DNA of 64,000 nt, taken from positions 1 to 64,000 of the IMG/VR virus record IMGVR_UViG_3300042314_001189. The stretch is one strand, 5' to 3'. How positions within the stretch are numbered: the first letter of the stretch is position 1; the number at the start of each line of letters is the position of its first letter. Positions 7,701 through 16,086 of this stretch are shown here, piece after piece. This DNA comes from a virus. Position numbers and translations under genes: made by a program. Below the pieces are notes generated by a model. The model made no database searches and was not told the origin of the DNA. It saw only the letters and a list, made by a program, of their open reading frames with translations.

Positions 7701-10544
7701 ATGTCAACAAAAGTATTCGTAAGTCCTGGGGTGTATACATCTGAAAAAGACTTAACATTTATAACACGTCAAGTAGGTGTTACAACACTAGGTTTAGTTG
7801 GTGAGACAACAATCGGTCCAGCTTTCCAACCTATTTTTGTAAGCAACTATGGAGAGTTTCAATCTTTCTTTGGTGGACAAAACGCTACAAAAATAAAAGA
7901 TACTGGAGCACCTAAATATGAATTACCATATATTGCTAAATCATACTTATCACAATCTAACCAATTATTCGTTACCAGAGTATTAGGATTTTCTGGTTAT
8001 GATGCTGGTTTATCTTGGGGTATCACGTTGGATGCAGCTATAGATTTATCTACAACTGCAACAACATCAACAACATCATATGACCCTTTGCTTACGTATA
8101 CGGCTACATCAGCTAATACAAACGTAACTTTGGTTAGTGCTGACCCATTGCTTCAAGCACTTATCGATAATGGTGACCTAGATAGTACTTTAGCAAGTCT
8201 TTCTAATTTATCAGTTTCTGGTACTTTAGATATTATAGACGCTACTCAAAAAACTGGTACAGTATTTAGTGGTCTTAATACGACTTTAGTGGTTACCGCT
8301 AAAGGTACTACTGGTGCTGGTGCTTTCATTACTGGTACGACATCTGGTGTTAGTGTACATTTTTCTGGTACTGGTTATTCTGATGTTGAAAACCAATTAG
8401 TAGCGTTGTTACGTTCTAGAGGTGGTATCAATTTAGATACTCAATTACCAGCGTTTGAGGTTACTGGTGCAACTGGTGTTGTATTTGACCCTACGCAAAC
8501 TGGCGCAACTGAAGATTCTTTAGGTGATTTTGCATTGACTGGTGTATCTACTATTCAAGGTGCGTTTAACTACGTTATGTCTTTAGATAGAACTAAGAAA
8601 AATTACTTACCAAGAGTTTTAGGTAGAACAGTATCTGATGGTAACACAGCTTTGTTCGCTGAAGAATTCTTTAACGTTATGTTTGAAAACTTAAACGATG
8701 CTAGCAAAATTAGAGGTATCAGACAATCGGTTGTTAATTATGGTCAACAATATAGTGATTATTTACAAGAATTCAAACCAGCTGTAACTCCTTACGTTGT
8801 ATCTGAGTTACGTGGTACTAAATTATTAAGATTGTTTAGATTGTGGACTATCTCTGATGGTAACGCAGCTAACGAACAATTTAAAATTTCAATTAGAAAC
8901 ATTAAATTAGATACAAAAGAATTTGACGTGGTTGTTAGAGCTTATTTCGATACAGATGCTCAGCCAACAGTATTAGAAACATTCGCTAAATGTACGATGG
9001 ACCCAACATCTAACAACTATGTTGCTAGAAGAATTGGTACGTTAGATGGTATATATCCTTCTAAATCTTCATATGTACTTATTGAAATGGATGATTCTTC
9101 TGATACATCAGATGCTTTCCCATCTGGTTTCATTGGATTCCCAGTTAGAAATTATCAATTAAATTCAAACGCTACGGTTGTTGAACCTAAATTGACTTAT
9201 AAAACAGAATATGGTGCGTTTGAAAACAAACGTAAATATTACTTAGGTCTTTCTGAGACAGTAGGTATTGATTCAGACTTCTTTGATTACAAAGGTGTTC
9301 CTCAAACTACTACCCCAGATATGTGGACTGGTTTAACTAAAGGTTTCCACATGGATATCGATGCTACTGGTGCAACTATCGACAATGTATCAGTTGTTAT
9401 TAACTCTTCTGGTGGTACTTATAACCCTACATTCTTGTTTGACACGGGTGACTGGCAATTTAGAACTGAGTCTGGTTTGCTTAATGGACCATACGAAAAA
9501 GTATACGCTCGTAAATTTACATTTGTACCTTACGGTGGTTATGATGGTTGGGATATCTACAGAACTAGAAGAACTAATTTAGATAGTTTCTTAATCAACG
9601 GTACTTTAGGTTCTAAAGGTTTATTGAGTGGTGCTTTCCAAAACAGAACACTTACAAATGGTGATAACGGTATCAATTCAGATTACTACGCATATTTGGA
9701 AGCTATCTGGACATTTAGAAATCCAGAAGCTGTAAACATTAACGTGTTTGCTACACCTGGTATTGATAACTTTGATAACAGTAACTTGATTGAAGCTACA
9801 ATCGATATGGTTGAGCAAGATAGAGCTGACTCTTTATACATTATGACAACTCCAGATACTGATGGTGGTGGAGATGTGTTAGGTGTTGAGGACGTAACTG
9901 ATTTCTTAGATGGTATGTACGATAGTAACTATTCTTGTACTTACTGGCCTTGGATTCAAGTTAATGATACTGAAAACAATGTCTATATCTTCATGCCGCC
10001 AACAAGAGACGTGGTAAGAAACATTGCATTGACAGATAACATTGCATTCCCATGGTTCGCAGTTGCTGGTATCCAAAGAGGTGATGTGGATGCGATTCAA
10101 GCTCGTAAAAAACTTACACTTTCAGAAAGAGATGTGTTATACGAAAACAGAATCAACCCAATCGCTACTTTCACAACTGATGGTATCAAAATCTGGGGTA
10201 ACAAAACTCTTCAAGTTAAAGACTCTGCACTTAACAGAATCAACGTTAGAAGATTACTATTACAAGCAAGAAAACTTATTTCTGCTGTTGCTATCAGATT
10301 GTTATTTGAACAAAATGATAACGTGGTAAGAAATCAATTCTTAGCCCTTGTTAACCCAATCTTGGATAACATTAGAGCTCAAAGAGGTTTAACTGATTTC
10401 CGTGTGGTTCTATCAAACGACCCAGAAGAAATCGACAGAAACCAATTGACTGGTCAAATATTCTTGAAACCAACAAGAGCATTAGAGTTCATCCAATTAG
10501 AATTCGTGATTATGAACACTGGTGCGTCATTCGACAACATCTAA
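7701..10544 (+). CDS. gp18: Contractile tail sheath protein (T4 gp18-like)
   Basis: FVSPGVYTSEKD start; PWFAVAGIQRG, LYENRINPI, IWGNKTLQ...SALNRINVRRLL and FLKPTRALEFI motifs. Confidence 0.96.
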   Translation: MSTKVFVSPGVYTSEKDLTFITRQVGVTTLGLVGETTIGPAFQPIFVSNYGEFQSFFGGQNATKIKDTGAPKYELPYIAKSYLSQSNQLFVTRVLGFSGYDAGLSWGITLDAAIDLSTTATTSTTSYDPLLTYTATSANTNVTLVSADPLLQALIDNGDLDSTLASLSNLSVSGTLDIIDATQKTGTVFSGLNTTLVVTAKGTTGAGAFITGTTSGVSVHFSGTGYSDVENQLVALLRSRGGINLDTQLPAFEVTGATGVVFDPTQTGATEDSLGDFALTGVSTIQGAFNYVMSLDRTKKNYLPRVLGRTVSDGNTALFAEEFFNVMFENLNDASKIRGIRQSVVNYGQQYSDYLQEFKPAVTPYVVSELRGTKLLRLFRLWTISDGNAANEQFKISIRNIKLDTKEFDVVVRAYFDTDAQPTVLETFAKCTMDPTSNNYVARRIGTLDGIYPSKSSYVLIEMDDSSDTSDAFPSGFIGFPVRNYQLNSNATVVEPKLTYKTEYGAFENKRKYYLGLSETVGIDSDFFDYKGVPQTTTPDMWTGLTKGFHMDIDATGATIDNVSVVINSSGGTYNPTFLFDTGDWQFRTESGLLNGPYEKVYARKFTFVPYGGYDGWDIYRTRRTNLDSFLINGTLGSKGLLSGAFQNRTLTNGDNGINSDYYAYLEAIWTFRNPEAVNINVFATPGIDNFDNSNLIEATIDMVEQDRADSLYIMTTPDTDGGGDVLGVEDVTDFLDGMYDSNYSCTYWPWIQVNDTENNVYIFMPPTRDVVRNIALTDNIAFPWFAVAGIQRGDVDAIQARKKLTLSERDVLYENRINPIATFTTDGIKIWGNKTLQVKDSALNRINVRRLLLQARKLISAVAIRLLFEQNDNVVRNQFLALVNPILDNIRAQRGLTDFRVVLSNDPEEIDRNQLTGQIFLKPTRALEFIQLEFVIMNTGASFDNI

Positions 10545-10570
10545 TAAACGAATAAATATTAAGCAGAAAG

Positions 10571-10592
10571 GCCCTCATATGAGGGCTTTTTT
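10571..10592 (+). terminator. Intrinsic terminator after sheath gene
   Basis: GCCCTC-ATAT-GAGGGC followed by T6. Confidence 0.85.
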
Positions 10593-10624
10593 GTTTATTG
10601 TAGATATTTATGATTAAAAGTATT

Positions 10625-11779
10625 ATGAAAAAACTTAAAATAACCAAAGAACAATACGATAGATTAGTCCTTACCGAACAAAAGGTTAGAACTAACGTTT
10701 ATGTTGACGGTATTTTGACTGAAGATATAAATAATAAAGCAGAACTTTTAGATGAAGGTTTAAAAGACATCCTTTTGGGTGTTTCCATGCTTATAGGTTT
10801 GAATTTAAGTGGTCAGAACAAAGACATTGGTGACAAAGCTTTGAATAATGCTAATATATTGAAACAAATAGAGGCAACGTTAGAAGATAAGAGTAAAACG
10901 CAAGAATTGATTGATGCAATGAAAGCTAAAGGTATAAAAGACCCTTCGGCTATGTTGGCTACAAACGCTGAAAAAATAATCGATAGATACAACGAAATAT
11001 CTGACGATAAAGATATAAACATCAAACTAGGTGTTGTTGCTGTAAATAATTTAAAATCGTTAGAGAGTAAATTAAAACAAGGTTACGCTGTTAAGTCAGC
11101 TGAAATGTCAACAGATACAATAAAAGGTGTTCAAGAAACTAAAATAGTTGTTGTTAAAGATACGCTAAGTATTGATTTGGATAACATGCAGAATATGTTT
11201 GTAACTGGTGGGTACCAACTATCAGAAGATGGTAAAAAAGCTATAAAAGACGCTATTGAATCAGTTACTTCACAAGGTGGTAAAATCATAAGTGTTGAGA
11301 TTGAGTCTTCTACTGATGCTGAAAAAATGGCTAGTCTAAGCACAAAAGAAGACCCTACTGGAAATATAGAATTAGCTAATTTGAGAAGTCAAAGTGTTAA
11401 TGATATTGTTGGTGGTTTGGTTTCTGGTGCTGAAGTTACAACTAGAGAGATTCCTAACAATGGTTCTGAAGTTGTTAGTCCAGAAATGTTTAAAAAAGCA
11501 GCTAATAATAAAGAGGAATTGTTAAAACTTAGAAACAAAACATCTGAATTCCGTTATGTTAAATTAAACATTGTGGCTGAGTTTACAACTGAATCAACAG
11601 ACCCAGAACCTAAACCAGATGTGATAATCAAAAAATATAGATTTGAAGTAGTGAAGATGTACGAGACATCTTCAACTGGTAAAAAACTTGGTGGTGATGG
11701 GCTTAAATTTAAACATAAAAAGTTTAAATGTAAAAAACAAAAAGACAAGTCTATTGTTGCTAAATGTTTTACTTTTTAA
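10625..11779 (+). CDS. Probable head-packaged protein with OmpA-C-like peptidoglycan-binding domain
   Basis: Start more likely 10625 (MKKLKITKEQY), because ATATTTAT overlaps ATG 10610. OmpA-like motifs FVTGGYQLSEDGKKAI, VEIESSTD, NIELANLRSQSV, FRYVKLNI. Confidence 0.6.
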   Translation: MKKLKITKEQYDRLVLTEQKVRTNVYVDGILTEDINNKAELLDEGLKDILLGVSMLIGLNLSGQNKDIGDKALNNANILKQIEATLEDKSKTQELIDAMKAKGIKDPSAMLATNAEKIIDRYNEISDDKDINIKLGVVAVNNLKSLESKLKQGYAVKSAEMSTDTIKGVQETKIVVVKDTLSIDLDNMQNMFVTGGYQLSEDGKKAIKDAIESVTSQGGKIISVEIESSTDAEKMASLSTKEDPTGNIELANLRSQSVNDIVGGLVSGAEVTTREIPNNGSEVVSPEMFKKAANNKEELLKLRNKTSEFRYVKLNIVAEFTTESTDPEPKPDVIIKKYRFEVVKMYETSSTGKKLGGDGLKFKHKKFKCKKQKDKSIVAKCFTF

Positions 11780-12321
11780 TCAAAGTTAATCACACAATAA
11801 AAATCAACTAAATAATGACTTTTGATGTTTTTAAAGGTCACTGTTTTCCCATTTATTACAACCTCGTTTGATTTAAACGTTATGTTTTTAATTACCGTTT
11901 CAAAACCAACATTTTTGTAATCACCTAACAATATTTTTTTATGTTTTGGTGATTTATCAAACATGTACAAGCAGTATAACTTAACGTATTTAACGACTTC
12001 TGTTTCTGTTTTAGGTTCTTCGTATTCCATACCCATAACCGACTCAACAAAAACAAAAAACTCTAATTTGCTATCAACAGTGGATGGTAAATGTTCACCC
12101 ATGGTTGCAATTTCAGATGTTTTGTGTGAGTGACTTAAACTATCGTCAGTGATTATTTTATTTGTTTGTTCAACAGATATTTTTGTTAAATCACTAGACA
12201 ACACCAAAGATGTTTTGCCAAGTTGTTTTCTGTACTGGTTGATATAACCAAGCATTTCGGTATCTTGTCCAAAAACGTTAGACAAGTTTAAAAAACAAAT
12301 TATATATAATAATACTTTCAT
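11776..12321 (-). CDS. Secreted CAP/SCP-domain protein
   Basis: Signal peptide MKVLLYIICFLNLSNVFG|Q; CAP motifs YINQYRKQLG..L, LSHS and SPKHKKILL..YKNVG. Confidence 0.75.
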   Translation of the reverse strand: MKVLLYIICFLNLSNVFGQDTEMLGYINQYRKQLGKTSLVLSSDLTKISVEQTNKIITDDSLSHSHKTSEIATMGEHLPSTVDSKLEFFVFVESVMGMEYEEPKTETEVVKYVKLYCLYMFDKSPKHKKILLGDYKNVGFETVIKNITFKSNEVVINGKTVTFKNIKSHYLVDFYCVINFD

Positions 12322-12325
12322 GAAA

Positions 12326-12357
12326 CAAAGGTAATAATAAAAAATTACATTACCAAA
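12326..12357 (-). promoter_or_regulatory. Bacteroidota-type promoter, probably giving a leaderless mRNA for the CAP gene
   Basis: TTTG-N20-TACCTTTG-N4-ATG on the minus strand. Confidence 0.7.
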
Positions 12358-12658
12358 TAATTTCGTATTTTTTTTCTAATAAATCGTAAATTAAATGTAT
12401 AATTTCTGGTATACCGTAGTTACTTCTCCATTCTGCATCAGTTTTAGAAACCTCGTCAACTCTATCTGAATACATTTTATAGAAATCTTGAACACAAATT
12501 TTTGGTTTGATATCGTTTTTTGTTAGAATACCAAAAACAATACCACATACTTCTTCACCAGTAAAATATGTTTTCCATTCACATTCATCAGCTATTTCGT
12601 TAACTATTTTGGTGTATTGCCTTAATAATTTTTTTTCTGTTATTTTAATTTTACCCAT
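12350..12658 (-). CDS. Hypothetical protein (102 aa)
   Basis: Clean ATG ORF with a consensus promoter upstream; no recognisable motif. Confidence 0.65.
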   Translation of the reverse strand: MGKIKITEKKLLRQYTKIVNEIADECEWKTYFTGEEVCGIVFGILTKNDIKPKICVQDFYKMYSDRVDEVSKTDAEWRSNYGIPEIIHLIYDLLEKKYEIIW

Positions 12659-12677
12659 AGTTAAAACTTCTTTTATG

Positions 12678-12709
12678 CAAAAGTACTAAAATTTTTTGTG
12701 AAAAACAAA
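12678..12709 (-). promoter_or_regulatory. Bacteroidota-type promoter
   Basis: TTTG-N20-TACTTTTG on the minus strand, 19 nt upstream of ATG 12658. Confidence 0.7.
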
Positions 12710-12826
12710 TTTATTCTCGTGAACCATATATTTATAGGAAAGCGGAAAATAATATTTTTTTTTGAAAAAAATAAATTTTCCAATATTTATAATTAAATAA
12801 GAACAAATTTTTAAAACAAATACGAC

Positions 12827-13315
12827 ATGGCTGATTTATTAATGAAAATGCCCCTACCTTACGAGCCTAAGAAAAAGAATCGTTGGTTAATCACTTTCCC
12901 AGCAGATTTAGGTATCCAACAATGGTGGTTATCTTCTGCTTCTAGACCTTCAATCACACAAAACGAAGTTGAGATTCCTTTCCTTAACACATCTACTTGG
13001 GTAATAGGTAGATTTACTTGGGAAGCAATTGACGTAACTTTCCGTGACCCGATTGGTCCTTCTGCTGCACAAGCAATTATGGAGTGGGTTCGTCTACACT
13101 CAGAATCTATTACTGGTCGTCAAGGTTACGCAGCTGGTTACAAACGTCCAGTTGAACTTGAGATGCTTGACCCAACTGGTGTTGTTATCGAGAAATGGTT
13201 ACTTGATGGTACCATGTTAACAAACGTTGGATTTGGTGACTTATCAATGGATGATGATGGTATCGCTGAAATCACTGCTACATTACGTTTTGACAGAGCA
13301 ATCTTATTATTCTAA
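12827..13315 (+). CDS. gp19: Tail tube protein (T4 gp19-like)
   Basis: YEPKKKNRW, GRFTWEAIDVTFRDPI, MEWVR, LEMLDPTGVVIEKW and ITATLRFD motifs; 162 aa. Confidence 0.92.
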   Translation: MADLLMKMPLPYEPKKKNRWLITFPADLGIQQWWLSSASRPSITQNEVEIPFLNTSTWVIGRFTWEAIDVTFRDPIGPSAAQAIMEWVRLHSESITGRQGYAAGYKRPVELEMLDPTGVVIEKWLLDGTMLTNVGFGDLSMDDDGIAEITATLRFDRAILLF

Positions 13316-13321
13316 TTAATA

Positions 13322-13435
13322 ATGGCAAAGGCTAAAAAAGAAGGTAAACCTAAAAAAAATAGGGGTAACTTAGTTAAGCGTTTGAAACTTATTAGTAAGA
13401 ATCGTGAACTACTAAAGAAATACGAAAATAATTAA
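13322..13435 (+). CDS. Small highly basic protein, 37 aa
   Basis: MAKAKKEGKPKKNRGNLVKRLKLISKNRELLKKYENN; fills the gap between tube stop and terminator. Confidence 0.6.
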   Translation: MAKAKKEGKPKKNRGNLVKRLKLISKNRELLKKYENN

Positions 13436-13439
13436 CATT

Positions 13440-13464
13440 AAAACCTAGGGAACTAGGTTTTTTT
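13440..13464 (+). terminator. Intrinsic terminator
   Basis: AAAACCTAG-GGAA-CTAGGTTTTTTT. Confidence 0.85.
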
Positions 13465-13493
13465 GTTTTATTTAATATTTATAAATAAAGATT

Positions 13494-14336
13494 ATGAGAA
13501 AATTAGATAAATTTAAAAACCTTAAAAAAGCTAATTCATTAGTTGAACAAAGATATTTGAAAACAAAAGGGTTGTTATCTGAAAACATTAACGAAGACCC
13601 TATTGGTGGTGGATATCTTGGTGATATTGGTTTTGTTCCTGGTAAAAAAGAGTTACAAATGGTTAAGGGTGAAGTTGAGGATTTAAAACCTAATTTCACA
13701 ATTAATTACAACGCATTAAAAGTTATGGATTTAGATTTAGAGATAACTTATGATTTAGAAGATAAAACATACGATGTTAGAAATTCTATAAATGGTAAGT
13801 ATTACGCCAACAATATAACATACACTCAGTGTGTTGATTGTGAATTTAGAACGCCAGAAGAAGTTGTTAAGTTTATCAGACGTAAAGCTGAACGTGGAGA
13901 TGTTAGATTCATGCCTCAACAAAATGAAAACGTTAAGGAAGCTGATTTAAACACATATAGAGCTAGTTTACAAAATACTGGTAACTATCCATGGACGATT
14001 TATTTAGGTAACAAAGAAAAAGGTGAGGTTGACAAAGCACAAAACGCTAAAGATTCTGAAGAATTTAAAAACGAATTCAAACAAGGTTACGCTGGACAAA
14101 CAATCGAAACAACTAACGGAACATATACTTTTTCTGATATAAAATATAAAAATAATTATGGTAATTATGATTTATTATTCACAAAACCTAAAGGTGAAAA
14201 TGATTGGTCTGATAAAACTCTTTGGATAACATATGACCCAACAAATGGTTATTATGTTGATAATTACTATGGTGTCGAATTATCGGATGCTGATTCGGAA
14301 GAAAAAGTAATAGAAATGCTAAGCTACAATAAATAA
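13494..14336 (+). CDS. Hypothetical late protein, possible internal head protein
   Basis: Own ATATTTAT motif and terminator; basic N-terminus with LVE, LSE and INE sites. Confidence 0.55.
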   Translation: MRKLDKFKNLKKANSLVEQRYLKTKGLLSENINEDPIGGGYLGDIGFVPGKKELQMVKGEVEDLKPNFTINYNALKVMDLDLEITYDLEDKTYDVRNSINGKYYANNITYTQCVDCEFRTPEEVVKFIRRKAERGDVRFMPQQNENVKEADLNTYRASLQNTGNYPWTIYLGNKEKGEVDKAQNAKDSEEFKNEFKQGYAGQTIETTNGTYTFSDIKYKNNYGNYDLLFTKPKGENDWSDKTLWITYDPTNGYYVDNYYGVELSDADSEEKVIEMLSYNK

Positions 14337-14337
14337 C

Positions 14338-14366
14338 AAAAAGCCACTCGAAAGGGTGGTTTTTTT
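14338..14366 (+). terminator. Intrinsic terminator
   Basis: GCCACTC-GAAA-GGGTGGT followed by a T tract. Confidence 0.85.
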
Positions 14367-14450
14367 ATTTTATTACATTCTATTTACAAAAAAAATTGTT
14401 TTTCTATATTTATCTTAAAGTTATAATATTAAAAACAAATTAGTTTTAAC

Positions 14451-15755
14451 ATGGAGAAAAAACCTAATGTTTTCCCTAAAAGGGAAACAACAAACACCCC
14501 AGTAATGACCGAAGAACAAAGACTTGCAGCTTTTGAAGCTGAAAAGGCTATGGCTACAAACGAAATATACAATACAGCTGTGGCACCAGAAGATACACCT
14601 CAAGGTCATATGAGTGCTGTTGAGATGATGAGATATAGAACTCAACAACAATTACAACAAAGAGAAGAAATGGGTATTGTTCAAGACGCTGCTTTAGCTG
14701 AAAAAACAACTACTAGAGTTTATCAAGACCAAAACCAAACGAAAAACGAAGAACAAATGAGGCTTCGTGACGAACAACTAAGAAAAAATATGGAACAAAC
14801 CCAAAGGTTTCAGCAATTAACTGAAGAAGCTAATAACAGAGTTAATACATATACAAACACTCAAAACAATATGCAACAAGAAACTTATCAAAACAATCAC
14901 CAAAACAATCAACCACCAGTAACACCACCGTCAAAACCACCAGTAAATAATGGTTATGGTGATAGTTACGGTAAAAATCCTTCTAACATCGACCCATATA
15001 TTTTGGAGTTGAGTCAGCCTAACTATAACGCACCTTTTGACGTTATTCCCTTACCTTCTCAAGGTAAACTATACAAAAACAAAAAGAAGAACATTAGATT
15101 GGCTTATATGACAACAGCTGATGAGAATATCCTTACAAGCCCTAACCTTTTGGAGAGCGGTCAGTTTTTAGAGATTCTTATCAATAGAAAGATTTTGGAA
15201 CCAGATTTGAGATATAAAGACCTTACTGTTGGGGATAGAAACGCTATTATGATATGGCTAAGAGCAACTGGTTATGGTGAAATGTATCCAGTGACTCTAT
15301 TAGATGGTAGCCAAGAAGCGTTTGACACTGAAGTTAATTTGAACGACCTTAAAACAAAATATTTAGGTGCTGAACCAGATGAAGATGGTTTATTTAGCTT
15401 TACGTTACCAATTAGTAAGACTGAATTAAAATTTAGATTATTAACATGTGGTGATTTAGATGATATTGACAACATGATTGAACAAGATAATGAAAGAAAA
15501 ATCCCAGTAAACAACTCAACAACTTATAGATTTGAGAAGATGATAGTTGAAGTGAACGGAAATAGAGATAGAACTTATTTAAGAGATTTTGCAAGTTTCA
15601 TGAGGATTGCAGACGCAAAAGCTTTGGATAATTACATTGAACAGATAGAAAGTGGTATCGACTTAAACATAGAGGTAACGACCCCTGGAGGTGGGTCTAT
15701 TGCCACCTTTCTTCCGCTTAACGTCAGCTTTTTTTGGCCTAACTTCAGAGTATAA
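14451..15755 (+). CDS. T4 gp26-like baseplate hub / tail assembly chaperone with long Q/N/P-rich N-terminal extension
   Basis: FDVIPLPSQGKLY, MTTADENIL, DLTVGDRNAIMIWLRATGYG motifs; ends SFFWPNFRV; lies between tube and tape measure. Confidence 0.7.
   Translation: MEKKPNVFPKRETTNTPVMTEEQRLAAFEAEKAMATNEIYNTAVAPEDTPQGHMSAVEMMRYRTQQQLQQREEMGIVQDAALAEKTTTRVYQDQNQTKNEEQMRLRDEQLRKNMEQTQRFQQLTEEANNRVNTYTNTQNNMQQETYQNNHQNNQPPVTPPSKPPVNNGYGDSYGKNPSNIDPYILELSQPNYNAPFDVIPLPSQGKLYKNKKKNIRLAYMTTADENILTSPNLLESGQFLEILINRKILEPDLRYKDLTVGDRNAIMIWLRATGYGEMYPVTLLDGSQEAFDTEVNLNDLKTKYLGAEPDEDGLFSFTLPISKTELKFRLLTCGDLDDIDNMIEQDNERKIPVNNSTTYRFEKMIVEVNGNRDRTYLRDFASFMRIADAKALDNYIEQIESGIDLNIEVTTPGGGSIATFLPLNVSFFWPNFRV
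15729..15735 (+). other. Candidate programmed frameshift site (U7)
   Basis: AGC TTT TTT TGG in frame 0 versus TTT TTT GGC in the +1 frame, which continues as the gp51-like ORF. Confidence 0.6.
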
Positions 15756-16020
15756 GGCTCCGTTATTAGAAGAAATCTATATTTGTACTCAATATTTAAA
15801 AGGTGTAACCTATAATGATGTGTTATCAATGCCTACTTATGAACGAAGATTCTTTTTAGGTATGTTAACCAAAGATGCTAGAGAAAAACAAGAAGAAGCC
15901 GAAAAATTTAAAGAAGAAGCTAAAGCTAGGTCAAACGGTTCAAAGGGAACTAGAACAACTAGGGTATCTGGTGACGCATTGAAAAACAAAATGAAAACGG
16001 GTGAAATACCAACAACATAA
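15730..16020 (+). CDS. T4 gp51-like / GT-type chaperone C-terminal part, probably expressed as a frameshift fusion
   Basis: LLEEIYICTQYLKGVTYNDVLSMPTYERRFFLGML; no ATG before the conserved-looking core (track start is a GTG at 15691 inside the upstream gene). Confidence 0.6.
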   Translation, partial: FFGLTSEYKAPLLEEIYICTQYLKGVTYNDVLSMPTYERRFFLGMLTKDAREKQEEAEKFKEEAKARSNGSKGTRTTRVSGDALKNKMKTGEIPTT

Positions 16021-16021
16021 T

Positions 16022-16051
16022 AAAATACCCACTTAAATTGTGGGTATTTTT
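16022..16051 (+). terminator. Intrinsic terminator
   Basis: AAAATACCCAC-TTAAATT-GTGGGTATTTTT. Confidence 0.85.
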
Positions 16052-16086
16052 GTTTTAAATGATATTTATTAACAAACATCGAAATA

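Noticed and set aside
15691-15729. GTG at 15691 as the true start of the gp51-like ORF
   Set aside because: Lacks the A-rich context of other starts in this genome and lies inside the upstream gene; a frameshift is the simpler explanation, though not proven.
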